From the IMG/VR virus record IMGVR_UViG_3300027901_000002, positions 35,015-99,014 of that record: a DNA stretch of 64,000 bases, one strand, 5' to 3'. Every line of letters begins with the position of its first letter. Position 1 is the first letter of the stretch. The stretch is from a virus. Below are positions 6,576 to 18,376 of the stretch, one piece after another. The position numbers and the translations under genes were made by a program. A model generated the notes under the pieces. That model did no database searches and had not been told where the DNA came from. It saw only the letters and a program-made list of their open reading frames with translations.

Positions 6576-8190
6576 TTTGTAAAATCTCTTGTAAATACGT
6601 GTTCGCCGTGAAGTGTTCTTTCTATTGCGTTAAGATAAGTTGTTTCAAAAATAATCCATTTATCACAGTCCACACATTTATCGTTTTCTACTTTTCCTCC
6701 ACAAAAACAACAAACAGCGTCGTGGAAGTCGGCAATAATAATTCTTACATTAACAAGCATTTTTATTAATTCTTGTTTATCCATGTTGAAATATTCAACA
6801 ATTGGTAGATATTTTTCCATTTTAATCCTTGTCTCTATATATTTCAGCATAAGCTCGCATTGGCTTTATAACGTAAAAATAAAACGACAACTTGTTAAAC
6901 TTTGGATGTTTAACGTTTATTAAACATTCAGTAAGAACGTCGGCAAAAGTATCTAAATATATCGCGAGTTCTCCGCGAGACATGTCTTTAAAATTCTCGT
7001 GTCTGCTACCAACGCAAAAATTGTTACTAATTATTTTCATACCCTCCTCCTCAATTTTTATTTTATTTTTCGATTTTGTAAGCTAACTTCGCTTCTCTTA
7101 TTATTTCTTCGAATTTGTCCTTGTCTTCGTACCACCACAATATTGGCTCTGCACCAAAATCAGCAACTATTTGGTAGCCGCATACTGGACACTCCCATAA
7201 ATCAGCGTGAAAAATATAATCGTTTTCTTTGTAAACTATAACTCCGTTTCTTTTACAATCTAAATATACGCCACAATCTACGCAAATTTTTCTCCATTCG
7301 TTCATTTTATTTCCTCTTGTAATTTTTACACGTTCCTAAGTAAAAAGTTATAGGAATAAGGTGCTTTTTGCACCAATGATCTTTACAATGTTTGCAACTA
7401 AGACAAACTTTCTTCATATTTCGCTTTCCCACCGTTCTATAATTGGCGTAAGGTCTGCAAACCTTGCAATTAAGAAAGTAATTCCCACGACTGCATTTAA
7501 TATTGCAAGAAACAAGAAAATACTAAAAAAACTTTTTTCGTCGTTTTTTAATGTTTCCATAGCAAACCAAACACACACGCCACTCATTCCAAACATAAAG
7601 CAAATAGAAACAATTGCTATTATATTTACTATAAGTTCTCCAACTAACATTTATAACACCATATCGCTCGTTATGTTAATTTTTATGAATACTTCGTCGA
7701 AACTCAAATTTTTAGGCTCGTTTATTTCGGCACCTAAAATTTTTTTCGCGTCTTCCTTTTCCTCTTCGTCTAACTCGTAAAGTTGTTGATACACGTAAGA
7801 ATAAGTATCGTCTAATTTGAATTCCAAATAACATTGACCACTTGGTATAGCAATCGCCCTTACTTCAAAAGGTTGATTGCCGTAATAAGCTTCGATAAAT
7901 TTTTTTGTTTCGTAATAAAAAAATCTTATTCCTTTCTCTAAGAATATCACTACGTCGTCTTTTTGTTTATAATCAAAGTTAAAATTAACGAGTTTAAAAT
8001 TTCTTTTAATTATTATACCGTCTGGCGTTTTTGTTCTATCAACAATGTGATCTATTCCACAAAACCAAACTATGTAGTGATTTTTTTCCAGTAAATCTTC
8101 TTTTAAATCTTCTTCTTTGTATCCCCAATAATTCACGAGGACTTTCTTTACGCTTTCAGGGATCATCGTCTTCAGTTTTAACCAAACCAA
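6572..8190 (-). other. Cluster of small hypothetical CDSs (6572-6850, 6822-7040, 7063-7305, 7414-7650 membrane, 7651-8190)
   Basis: Closely spaced minus-strand ORFs, several with CxxC pairs. Confidence 0.6.
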
Positions 8191-8309
8191 ATATATCGTA
8201 TATCAATTCGTCTTCAGAATAGTAAGCGTCGCAAGAAGGACACCAAAAATCCATGTCGTCAGTTAAAAGTAATTCACTACCACATGCTAAATGAATAACA
8301 TTGAACAAT

Positions 8310-9380
8310 TTAGGTTTCATAAAATTCTGCCTTTAAGTTATTTTTTGTTTTTTTTAATTTCATTTCGTATTTTGGATTTATTAACCCTTTTAACAACAAG
8401 CCATCAATATCGTAAATTTTACACGCGTTTTCTATTATTGACGAATATTCGCATTCTTTTAAAGCTTCTTCGAAGATATTGTCTTTAAAACCAAAATAAG
8501 AAAAAATTGTTTTTAAAATTTCTTTTGTTTCGTATATCCTTTTTCTAAGAGTTCGAACGTCGCAACCAACAATTTCACATAAATCCTTTTGCGTTACGCC
8601 GAAATTTTCGCTAGTTAAAATATAAATACAAGCGGCGGCTTTAACAATTGGATTTCTAAATAAAGTAGAGGAACCTATTGCTTCCTCTATTTTTAAAATA
8701 TTTTTTATGAAATTTTTGCTTGCACAACAGACTAAAAACTCTTCTCTTGGAGATAAGCATATTCCGCTCACTATTTTAGTGACAAAAGTTTCTGGTTGTT
8801 GTTGTTCTACTTTTAAGTTTAAAATCGTAATTAATCTCGAATAAAATTGTTTTATTTTCTTTACATCGCATTCTATTTTCTCAAAATCGAATAAAGTGTA
8901 AGGAAGTTTTTGTTTTTTTATTTCTAAATACGCTATTCCTTGCGCTACAATTTCAAGTGAAACCTTACCTCCACCTCTAAAAATGTTGGTTGAGGAAATT
9001 TCATTTAATTTACATATTTTAATGAAGTTATAAAACGCCGAAGCGTAAAAATCTTTACTTAAACCAAGAAGTTCAATTATCCTCTTAAGTTCTTTTTTGA
9101 TTACAGATTCCCTTTTATCCTTCCAATCGTAATAGTATTTTTTTAAAGCTCTTTTTAAATTAGGATTTTTGCATTGTTTAATGTTTATTTTCGTTCTCTT
9201 GTTTATACCTTTTAAAAATGTAGACCTATTTCTTTCTTTTTCTATTGCCGAGTTGTCTTCTAATTGTTGAGGAGGAGTGTAATCAATCGGTTTATCTTCA
9301 AAAACCAAGCCACAGTTAGTACAAACATCTATTCTGTAAGATTTTTCTCCACATTCTGGACACCACGTCATAATCCACAC
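8310..9380 (-). CDS. tfb: Transcription initiation factor IIB (TFB) homologue
   Basis: N-terminal Zn ribbon CPECG...VCTNCGLV; two cyclin-like repeats; AAACIYI and GVTQKDLCEIVGCDVRTLRKR helix-turn-helix. Confidence 0.85.
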   Translation of the reverse strand: MWIMTWCPECGEKSYRIDVCTNCGLVFEDKPIDYTPPQQLEDNSAIEKERNRSTFLKGINKRTKINIKQCKNPNLKRALKKYYYDWKDKRESVIKKELKRIIELLGLSKDFYASAFYNFIKICKLNEISSTNIFRGGGKVSLEIVAQGIAYLEIKKQKLPYTLFDFEKIECDVKKIKQFYSRLITILNLKVEQQQPETFVTKIVSGICLSPREEFLVCCASKNFIKNILKIEEAIGSSTLFRNPIVKAAACIYILTSENFGVTQKDLCEIVGCDVRTLRKRIYETKEILKTIFSYFGFKDNIFEEALKECEYSSIIENACKIYDIDGLLLKGLINPKYEMKLKKTKNNLKAEFYET

Positions 9381-9462
9381 AATTTACCATAAATTATTGC
9401 ACAAATAGAAGTCACAATTAAAAAAAGGACGAAGACGTAAAGAGCCTCTTTCTGGTCTTCGT

Positions 9463-9906
9463 TCATTCCCCTAATTGCGTAATTTTTGTTCGCTTAGTTT
9501 CCATTGCCCTTTTACTAAGGGCGTCTGCAAACCCGTTTTCTTTTCTTGGTATTTTTTCGATCTTTACGTCTTCGAAAAACTCTACTACATCCAAAAGGAC
9601 TTTATAGTAGGGTTTTAAATTGCTACTTCTTATGGTTTTATGTTTTGGATTAGTAACGGGAAGTAAACTCCCATACACTAATTCGCTGTCTACATATACG
9701 TTTACTTCTTTCGGTTTAAAATATTGCTTTGTATAGCAAAGTGCATTGATAAGTGCAGCAAATTCGGCTTCGTTGTTAGTTATATTGTCGCCAAGGTATT
9801 GACTACCTTCCATTAATACTTTATTTTCTCTAAAAACAACAAAGCCTATACCTCCGTGTCCAGGGTTAGTTGGACTTGCACCACCATCACAGAATATTTT
9901 TATCAA
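9463..9906 (-). CDS. rnhA: Ribonuclease HI
   Basis: DGGASPTNPG, TNNEAEF, DSELV and PRKENGFADALS catalytic motifs. Confidence 0.9.
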   Translation of the reverse strand: MIKIFCDGGASPTNPGHGGIGFVVFRENKVLMEGSQYLGDNITNNEAEFAALINALCYTKQYFKPKEVNVYVDSELVYGSLLPVTNPKHKTIRSSNLKPYYKVLLDVVEFFEDVKIEKIPRKENGFADALSKRAMETKRTKITQLGE

Positions 9907-9910
9907 TAAA

Positions 9911-10921
9911 TCACGTCACTTGTGCTAACATTATTTGTCCTGCTATTTCTTCCAATCTTAACCTGTCTTCTAACAATAAATCTCTTGCGACTTCAGCTAT
10001 GCTCTGTCCTACCCAAAACGCGTTGTCTCCGTAATCGTTTGTTTTCATTATTTTTATAGCTTCTCTAGCCTCTGCAATTTTTATATCAAAATTGTCTGGA
10101 AGCCAATTTACTAAACTGGTTTTTTCGTCGATGTAGGATTCAGCAACCTCCACAGCTTCTCTTAATAGTTTTGCGTATTTATCGTAACCGCTAAAGGATT
10201 CTGCCATGCTTCCCACTAACATTCCAAGCATTTTTTTGTCGTTTGCTCCTTTGTGAACTTGTCTAAACGATATATGATCGTCCCAAATTATTACGCCGTT
10301 AGTACACGCAAATCTAAGAAAGCCAGCGTCGTATCCTAGAGATCTATGTCCACAGAAACTGTTAATAACTATTATTCTATAAGAGAGGTTGTCGTTTCTT
10401 CCTATTTCAATTCCTAATTCTGGAAAGTTAATGTCAATTCTCATTTTGTAAATGTTGTGGTCGAAATTCATCGTATACTTTTCTCCTAACATGTCCACGA
10501 ATTTTGTTACAGTGTCGTAAACAACTTTATCTGGAATGAAAGTGTGTTGGTCGCTAACTACGCCGTAAAGAGAATTATTCGTCGAATCTACGTATCCAAA
10601 AAGCGTTCCGTCTCTTCTTAACAATTCCCCTACTCTTATTAAATCGTCTGAAATCTGTGCAGGATAAATTGTTGTTCCGTAATAATCTTCGTCTTGAATA
10701 GGATCTAAGTTTTCTAATTTTTGAATTATTCGTCCCAAACCTATTTTCAAAGGCTGGTTTATACGTCCAATGTACTGACTTCTAACTTCTTGTCCCCAAA
10801 ATTTATAGCCGTTCGATAAAGAATTTTCGTTTTCCCAATGAACTGCTTTAGAAATTGGAACCTTTTTTACGTTGTCGTTTAAATCGTTGATTAATTTCTC
10901 AAATTGATTTTGATTCATCAT
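9911..10921 (-). CDS. DUF932/DUF945-like protein
   Basis: GVVSDQH, INSFCGHRSL and GFLRFACTNG motifs. Confidence 0.7.
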   Translation of the reverse strand: MMNQNQFEKLINDLNDNVKKVPISKAVHWENENSLSNGYKFWGQEVRSQYIGRINQPLKIGLGRIIQKLENLDPIQDEDYYGTTIYPAQISDDLIRVGELLRRDGTLFGYVDSTNNSLYGVVSDQHTFIPDKVVYDTVTKFVDMLGEKYTMNFDHNIYKMRIDINFPELGIEIGRNDNLSYRIIVINSFCGHRSLGYDAGFLRFACTNGVIIWDDHISFRQVHKGANDKKMLGMLVGSMAESFSGYDKYAKLLREAVEVAESYIDEKTSLVNWLPDNFDIKIAEAREAIKIMKTNDYGDNAFWVGQSIAEVARDLLLEDRLRLEEIAGQIMLAQVT

Positions 10922-11075
10922 AATTTTTTATATTATTTTGTTTTCTTAAACATAAATCTAATTTACCATATTGATGGACGTGATATTTACACTTATCACA
11001 ACAAAAATGTTCGTGAACTATATATCCTCTTATAGAACACTTATCCATGTTATCGCAAACGCATTCATTGCACAA

Positions 11076-11712
11076 TTATATTCTACTCTCATCGTAATCT
11101 GGTTCGTAGTTTTCAATTGCTGAGTTTGCGCAATTATCGAAATTTGGACAATCATCAAAATCCCACAAGTCAAAAACCATACTTAAGATTTCTGCGAAAA
11201 AATCAGTATCGTCTCTCATTCGAACGTATATGTCGTCCAAATATTTTCTATCTTCTAAACTAAAAGACATCCTCTAATACTACCCCTTCGTAAATAAGAA
11301 GTTTGTTTATTTCGTGTCGATACACAGACGCTTTTTTTGGATTTAAATCCATTCTTTTAAGCAGACTCTCTATTTGTTTTTTAGCCATCTCCCTTAACAA
11401 ACTAAAATCTGCTTTTAAAATTCTATTGGAAGGAATTAAATCCTCTTTTTTACCATAGTGTTTTGAGTGCTTAAAATAAACTTCGCCTCCACTATGATTT
11501 CGCTTGCATTTCTTACAAAAATAAGGTCTCAATCGAATTTTGTCGTCAAAATCTTCTAAATTGTCGATTGAAAATTTAAATAAAACTACGCTCTTATACC
11601 TACCTCGTGGTTTAAAGTTACCTACTATCTCAATAGTTCCGTTGCCATTATCTACAACGAATTTTACAATATGAAAATTGTATTCTTCACCGCACTTTAA
11701 ACGAACTTTCAT
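11076..11712 (-). other. Two hypothetical CDSs (11076-11270; 11260-11712 with CKKC..H)
   Basis: Overlapping ORFs in an operon. Confidence 0.6.
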
Positions 11713-12116
11713 TTCAAAGTTTTTCTCTTAAAAATAAAGTGTAAACCGTAAAGAAGTGAAACTAGGATTGTATTGATAGTCAACAAAACAAAAAAAGGAA
11801 ACAAAAAAATAATGCTTTCTGAAATCCCACCAATTCCAACCAAAATTATGTCGCTAAGCGAATTTTCTACTGAATCTTTTCGTTTTTCAAATTTTATTTG
11901 TTTAAAAAGAGTGTTTTCAAACATTTCAAATATAATTCCAGTAAATAAACAACACACAACTCCATAAGAGAGGGCGTATTCTATTTGAAACCCACACATC
12001 ATAATAACGACGTAAGATATAAAAAACGCAAGCATCCCCATAATTAAATGGTCAAAACTATAAAAATCAAGCCATGCTCTTCCCACTTGCGTTCTATTTC
12101 TTGCTATTAGTTTCAT
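11709..12116 (-). CDS. Membrane protein, DUF2585-like
   Basis: DFYSFDHLIMG, IFEMFEN and DSVENSLSDI motifs with several hydrophobic helices. Confidence 0.6.
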   Translation of the reverse strand: MKLIARNRTQVGRAWLDFYSFDHLIMGMLAFFISYVVIMMCGFQIEYALSYGVVCCLFTGIIFEMFENTLFKQIKFEKRKDSVENSLSDIILVGIGGISESIIFLFPFFVLLTINTILVSLLYGLHFIFKRKTLK

Positions 12117-12285
12117 TATTGATCGAAAAGTATTGCTCGGTATCCTCTTGCGGACAGTAATACCAACCTTCTTTGTCGCCTTGTATTGCGCAACCGCAAG
12201 ATTGACATATTATTTCCATTCTAACCAATATTTTAAAACTTTTTAAAATATCTTTTATGATTTTTAAAAATATAAAATACATTTC

Positions 12286-12335
12286 AAATTTGTCAAACCC
12301 CTGTAGTACTAGGGTACTTTGACAAATTTAAAACT
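12286..12335. repeat. Palindromic intergenic element, copy 1
   Basis: Perfect 12-bp inverted repeat AAATTTGTCAAA/TTTGACAAATTT; first 23 nt identical to 34271-34293. Confidence 0.8.
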
Positions 12336-12473
12336 TTATTATTTCGATTATATTGATTCTGTTTTGACTTCAATCGTTTTAAATCTGATGTAACGATTTT
12401 AAAATTATTTCACTTTTTTAACAAAAATGTCAAAATCTGATTAGTCAGATTTATTCGTCAAAAAATAAGAAAT

Positions 12474-12905
12474 TCAGATTTTCGATGCGATTTTCGATTG
12501 AATTAATTCGTTGTTTTTTTCCAAAGCCTTTTCTAACCCCCTCTTCAAAACTTTTGAAATTTTTCGAGGAGAAAGAATCCTAGAAAGTCGTAGAATAATA
12601 GTACGATAATCCAGAAACGCCTCCATGTTTGTTTCACGACTCAACAACCTAGAAAAAGTCAGATTTTCAACAAATTTTGCGTCGCAATTGTTAATCCATT
12701 TTCTTAACTGCTTCATTCTAAATTGAGCCCAAGCAATTGGGTTTTCTGGATATTCAAAATTTTCTGCAATATATGGGTTTATGTCATCTTCTAAGACTCC
12801 TTTAACAAACGAAGTAATAGTGTTGAAAATCGCAGTTATCGAAGTACTCGGATTTTCGAGAACTAACAACACTTCCCTTTGTATATCTTTTTCAAAGTCC
12901 TCCAT
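12474..12905 (-). CDS. Hypothetical protein
   Basis: 143-aa ORF. Confidence 0.6.
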   Translation of the reverse strand: MEDFEKDIQREVLLVLENPSTSITAIFNTITSFVKGVLEDDINPYIAENFEYPENPIAWAQFRMKQLRKWINNCDAKFVENLTFSRLLSRETNMEAFLDYRTIILRLSRILSPRKISKVLKRGLEKALEKNNELIQSKIASKI

Positions 12906-13180
12906 TTTATTTTCCTCGTTGCGTTTTTAAATCTCCAATACCTATCGCTACTTTCAAATTCGTCTATAATTGGATGATGGTGTATTGGTTTTAATCCCAT
13001 TTCGTGTAACACTTTATGGTGTAATTCGTGAATAAGTATTTTTAGCCAAATTGAAGGGTCTGCGTTTTTACCACACAAAAATATTTCTTTTGGCTCTGCA
13101 CAATAACCAAGCGCCCATTTATCGCCTAATTTATTCCAATCCACAAACATATCATCGGGCACTTTAGGTAAAATTTTCAT
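12863..13180 (-). CDS. Minimal HExxH zinc-metallopeptidase-like protein
   Basis: ALGYC...EIFL...LKILIHELHH. Confidence 0.55.
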   Translation of the reverse strand: MKILPKVPDDMFVDWNKLGDKWALGYCAEPKEIFLCGKNADPSIWLKILIHELHHKVLHEMGLKPIHHHPIIDEFESSDRYWRFKNATRKIKWRTLKKIYKGKCC

Positions 13181-13431
13181 CTTTTAACATCCATTTTAAA
13201 TATTGTTTAGTTACCTTTACTTGTTGATTACAATGAGGACATATCGTTTCTATTTTCCTCACGTTATAAACGTAAGAATAAGGAGGTTCAAATTCCTTTT
13301 TACAAGCTGGACACTTAAATTTCATTTGTATCGCTTGTCGTCTTTTCTTACAATAAACGGAAAATAAGGTATTTCCTTAAAAAGGTTTGGAAACTGTAGT
13401 TTCCACTTCGAAGCTCTATACTTTCTCGTTC

Positions 13432-13719
13432 TTACTCGTTTTCGTCTGAGGGCCTTTTCGCTCCGTAGTCTGGAATATTTGTGTTTTTTCTTTCGTCCCA
13501 TTTTATAACTACCTCTTTTTTTCTACCGCTACAACAACAAATTAGAATCATTATTATTATAATTCCAATAAATGTTGCGTTGGTTCCGAATTCTATTTCT
13601 GTAAATATTAAAAACCAAACTAACGCTTCTATTAGAACAAATACTAAGAAAAATATTCCGACCAAAATTGCGATAACAATTACAAATGCAATAAAATCGT
13701 GTTTGTTCATATTAGTCAA
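13432..13719 (-). CDS. Two-TM membrane protein
   Basis: Two long hydrophobic stretches. Confidence 0.55.
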   Translation of the reverse strand: MTNMNKHDFIAFVIVIAILVGIFFLVFVLIEALVWFLIFTEIEFGTNATFIGIIIIMILICCCSGRKKEVVIKWDERKNTNIPDYGAKRPSDENE

Positions 13720-13839
13720 TATATCCGCTAATAAATTTTGCCATAGCTATTCGGTGTTCTTCTTCTTCTTTTTCCTTTTTTAGTTTTGCTATTAATAAAT
13801 CAAGCATTTCGTCCAATTTATCTAAACTATCTTTCAAAC

Positions 13840-14115
13840 TCATACATTAAACACGTCTCCGTTTTCTTCTTTCTTTTTGTCTTCGTAATGGGAAATTAGT
13901 CTGCGGTATATTTCTTGTTTTGCCGATTCTAAAATTCCCATAATAGTGTTGTAATCGTTATATCGTGTTGGATCTATTACTTCTGTTAACAACTTACATA
14001 TACAGTAGTTTAGTGCTCCAGTAATTTCTTCCTGTGGAAGTTTACACAAATCAAATATTAAATAATCTAAACAATAAGCCAATATTTTTCTATTTTCTTT
14101 TTTTATGTACGGCAA
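13840..14115 (-). CDS. Conserved virus hypothetical protein (MPYIK...GxLNY...YEDxKxxENGDV family)
   Basis: Motif pattern recognised as common in phage and archaeal virus genomes. Confidence 0.7.
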   Translation of the reverse strand: MPYIKKENRKILAYCLDYLIFDLCKLPQEEITGALNYCICKLLTEVIDPTRYNDYNTIMGILESAKQEIYRRLISHYEDKKKEENGDVFNV

Positions 14116-14276
14116 TTATTTTTTCAACTCTTTTCCAGTTTGTGAATCAAATTTTATAGCGTTTTTATGACATTCTGCGTGGCAGGCGTACCATCTATCC
14201 ATCAACCCTACCAGAAGTCTAGCCAACGAACCGTATCCAGTATTCCCTCCAAAAAACGATGTCCATTTAATTTTTT

Positions 14277-17200
14277 TCATTGTTCAAATAAACCATCCAA
14301 TACTATTTTTGTAGAATAAGAAACACATCCATGTTCGTATGTTTCTTCTAATATTTTCATAGCTAAACCATACCACAACCAAAATTCTCGTTCGTTTCTT
14401 TCTGCTACGCATTTTTTAATCTCTTTTACGAGATAATTATCTCTTCTCTTGTCACAAAATCTTGGTTCTAAGAGACAAAACTCACATTCGTCATTAGAAC
14501 CAGGTCTTTTAAGAACTAAATGAGATATTGCTTCTTCACAAAAAGGACAACCTCCAGCTATTATATCGTTGTAATCTTCGAATTTTTCTAATTTTCCCCA
14601 TCTTTCTGATATTGATTGTATAGCTAATTCTGAAGCTTTTTCTATTACATCACTCATTTTCTATTTTTCCTCCAAATATTTAGTACCAACAACCCCAAAC
14701 ATATTTTTCGAAAGGATAGCGTTTTAAGTGCCAATAATATCGAATAAGAGCCATTATTACTGTGTATTTATTGACTTCCCAACCCCTAGATGGTTGACCG
14801 TGATGGTGTTCTGGTCTTGTCTTCATTTTCCTACTCCAATACTCGTGATTGTATATGTTACCTTTACAATAATACCGTAAAGCGTTTCTCACCGTCTTTA
14901 AAAGGAATTTATGTTCTTCTATTGGAACGAACGGTTTTCTTTTATCCCAATCGTAACAATCCTCTATATGATTGTGGAGCATCCAAAAAGGAAACATTTT
15001 GTTGTAATTACGAGTAATATAGAAGCCATCCCCTTGTGTTGTCCTACAATACCTACATCTTATCGAATAATCGGCACCCATTATTTTTCCTCCTTTCTAT
15101 GTCTTTGACACTCCCAATATTCCGCCTCGATTCCTTTTTTAATGTCGGGAAGGCTTATCTTTCCGAAATACCACCATCGGGACAGTATTCTCCCAAATAA
15201 TATTAAGATTATTCCTCTTCTCCCACAACAAGAACATCGTCTCGACAATATACCCGTGTTTTTTATTATCATTTTCTATTTTTCACCCACATTATTTTTC
15301 CTTCTTTTTTAAGTTTTATACACGTTTCGAAAACTTGTCTCGCGTCCAAATTGTGTTCGAACGCTATATCGCTTGGATAAATAGTTTCGTTTTGATGTTC
15401 GTCTAAATACATTAAAATAAATTTTTCCAAATCTTCCTGATACCATTCTTCTTTTCTTACGTCGTGCCAAATCCAAGCGTGAAAATGAGGTCTCCAAATT
15501 ACGTGAACCTCCCATCTTAAAAATTTAAACCAGAATCCTATTTTTTGGAAATATCCGTTGTACATTTTTCCAAATTCTATAAACTCTTTAATTCTACACA
15601 TTTTTATCCTTTACTTTTTTTATAATAAGTACAATTTTTAGGTTTAAATCCTATTATTATTAAATATTTAAACTGACATTTTTTGTAATGTTCGCAAGTT
15701 TTACAAAACTCGTCGCTCATTTGTTACCACTCGTACTTACAATCAGTACAAAGGTGCTTCTTTTTGTACATTGGTTTTTGACCATAACCAAAATGATATA
15801 ACGGTTTATCTAAATCGTCCCATTCTTGGATGTGCTTTGGATTGTTGTTTCCACACATCGGACAAGTAGTTTTATTTACCATTCTTCACCACACTCGTCA
15901 CAAACATATCCTTTGTTTGCTAATAAATTACTTTCAAACTCTACAAATTTTCCATTTTTATCGTAATAAGCTACTCCGCCTTCCCACCAAAGAATTTTAT
16001 CACTACCACAAACGTAGCAATATTCTCCGCGCTCTCTTAAAACAATTCTTAAATTCTCGATAAAATTGAGAAAATTACAAAACGGATTTAAGTATTTTGT
16101 CGAGTATTTTTTTATGTTCACGATCTTCCCACTTGTTGTAATTTTTATTTATACAGGCAATTTTAACAATAGATTCGCACGGATTATATGCACAAGTTTG
16201 ACAAGGATCGTGCGTACAATCTATATATCCAGTAGCCTCGTATTCTCCTTTAAAATGTTCACACTCTGTTAGTACACAAATGTTTGGAGATACATAACAC
16301 CAATATTTACTACAATAAATTTCTTCTCTTATTATAATTTTTTTCTTCAATTTAACCACTAATTGAAACTATCCCTTTTTTGCGTTTTCTATCTTTCACA
16401 ACCTTTAAAAATTTTCTAATTGTAGCTTCGTTCACGTTTCTAAAAATCGTGTGTTCGAAATCGTACCTAAATTCTTTAATTCCAGTTTGTAAGAAATTTT
16501 CAAGTATATTTACCAATCTACTTTCTTTTTTTATCCCACAATATCTCGTATCTGTTGTTACCCCTATCCACCATTTCATTTCGTGGATTCTTTTCCAAAT
16601 CAAATCGAGAGTTTTTCTTACGTCCCGTTCGTTGTCGTTAATTTCCCAAAACTCTTCTGGAAATATTTGAGTAAAAATTCTTTTTTCTTCTTCGTTAGTA
16701 TAAAACGGATTGTAAGGAATGTTTATCAAATCTCTATCGTATCCTTTCGGATGTAGTATTACTTTATACGAATCTTTTGTTTTTATTATAAACTTTAGAG
16801 AGTTTTCTAGGAATTCTGCTATTTTAAAGTATCTAAACAAAACAACTTCTAACTTTCTATACATTTCAAATTCTTTTGAAACTTCCATTTTTTACATCAA
16901 CCAAATTTTATACAAAAAAAATTAGGTAAAATAAGTTTTACCGTTTGCTCCAAACTTCTTCATTAGATCGTCGTAGTTTTCTTTTACGTGTTCTAGCGCT
17001 TCGTGTGCTTCCTTTTTTACGATTTTTGGAGTAACTTCTTTAATTTTTTCGGTTAAATACTCGAGTGATTTAACCATATATTCTTTTAAGTGTTTGAAAT
17101 TTGTTTTATGGTCGTAGAAATTAGCAAGAGTAGCTTTATGCGCTTTATAAATTTCCACATAAAAATCTGCAAAACAAAAAGTACTTTTTTCTATAAAATC

Positions 17201-18057
17201 GTCCATAATATGTCCAAAATGAATATATCGACCAACTATTTTTTCAGAGTTAAACTTTTTCGAGTATTTTTCGAACTCTTCGTTGCTCATTTAATATCTA
17301 TATCCCATTTCTCTTATTGTTTTAAGAACAGGACAATCCAGACACCAATCGTCCTCGTATAATCCCTCCACTCTTGTTAAGGCACATATAAATTCGTTAA
17401 GAAAAACTCCATTTAAAACTTTAGCAACTGTTAAATAATTACAGTTTTTATAAAAACCTAAATTGCTTAGAAATAGTTTTATTAAGTATTTGTTTTTCCG
17501 TAGCTTCCGATAGTAAGCGCCCGTGTCTGCGCCACTGCACTCATTCTTTATTGGAGTCAATCTAATAACGTGTTTTATTACAACTGAATCCATTTACATC
17601 GCCACAGTAATAAGAAGAATAACAAGGAATATTAAACCACACAACATAGACGATGCGTAGAAAAATATTCCGAGTGCTCCGAGAAATTTTGATAGTTTTG
17701 GTCTTTTATCTTTGTAAAACGAAGAAAATCCTTCGAGTAAAAATATTAAACAAAGAAAAATCCAAACTAACAAAATAAAAAAAGTCAGCATTATACAATA
17801 TCCTTTGGATCTATTTTTTTACCAATCGGGACGGAGTAGCCTTTTTTATTCTTACCAGTTTTGCGAATCTCTTGTCCTCCGCATTCGTCGGAGTCTTTCC
17901 ATTGACAAGTTTCGCATTTTTCTAAACCCCAGAATTGAACATCCCAACATTCGGCTGTTAATTTTGATTGGTCAGCTTGCCTTGCTTCCGTTATTTTTTC
18001 AAATTCTCTTTTCGTTAAATAAAAATTTGTCTTTCCAAAATGAGGCATTTTATTCAA
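14277..18057 (-). other. Dense cluster of small hypothetical CDSs, many Cys-rich; 15269-15601 has a winged-HTH-like C-terminus
   Basis: Abutting or overlapping minus-strand ORFs; IYPSDIAFEHNLDARQVFETCIKLKKEGKI. Confidence 0.6.
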
Positions 18058-18376
18058 CTTCCTTTTCTTTCCATTTTTCTAAAATAGGTTTTACTTTTTC
18101 TTCCAATAATAATTCTAAGTTTCTATCTTTATCTGTAAAATACACTCTTGCGATAATATTACATTCTTTAAAATGATTTTCGTCTATTTCTGTCCCTTCT
18201 TTTATTAAAAGGATTAATTCTTTTCCAATTTTTTTTGCGTGTATTAATTCTTCTACACAAAGAGGGTCTAAAAAATATTCGTCTGAAATTACTAAAATAA
18301 CGCCCTTACATTCTTCCATTTTTTCCTTCCAAGGCCCTCTTCCTACCGTTATATTACTTTCTTTTTTTTCTTTCAA
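18050..18376 (-). CDS. Truncated TIR-like domain protein
   Basis: MEECKGVILVISDEYFLDPLCVEELIHAKKIGKELILLI matches the TIR_2 betaC-alphaC(CxxE)-betaD pattern. Confidence 0.55.
   Translation of the reverse strand: MKEKKESNITVGRGPWKEKMEECKGVILVISDEYFLDPLCVEELIHAKKIGKELILLIKEGTEIDENHFKECNIIARVYFTDKDRNLELLLEEKVKPILEKWKEKEVE

Noticed and set aside
2144-7670. Shared C-terminal DMVL* in rfcL and ORF 7651-8190
   Set aside because: Only four residues; may reflect chance or an SD-like GGTGAT/ATGGTG sequence.
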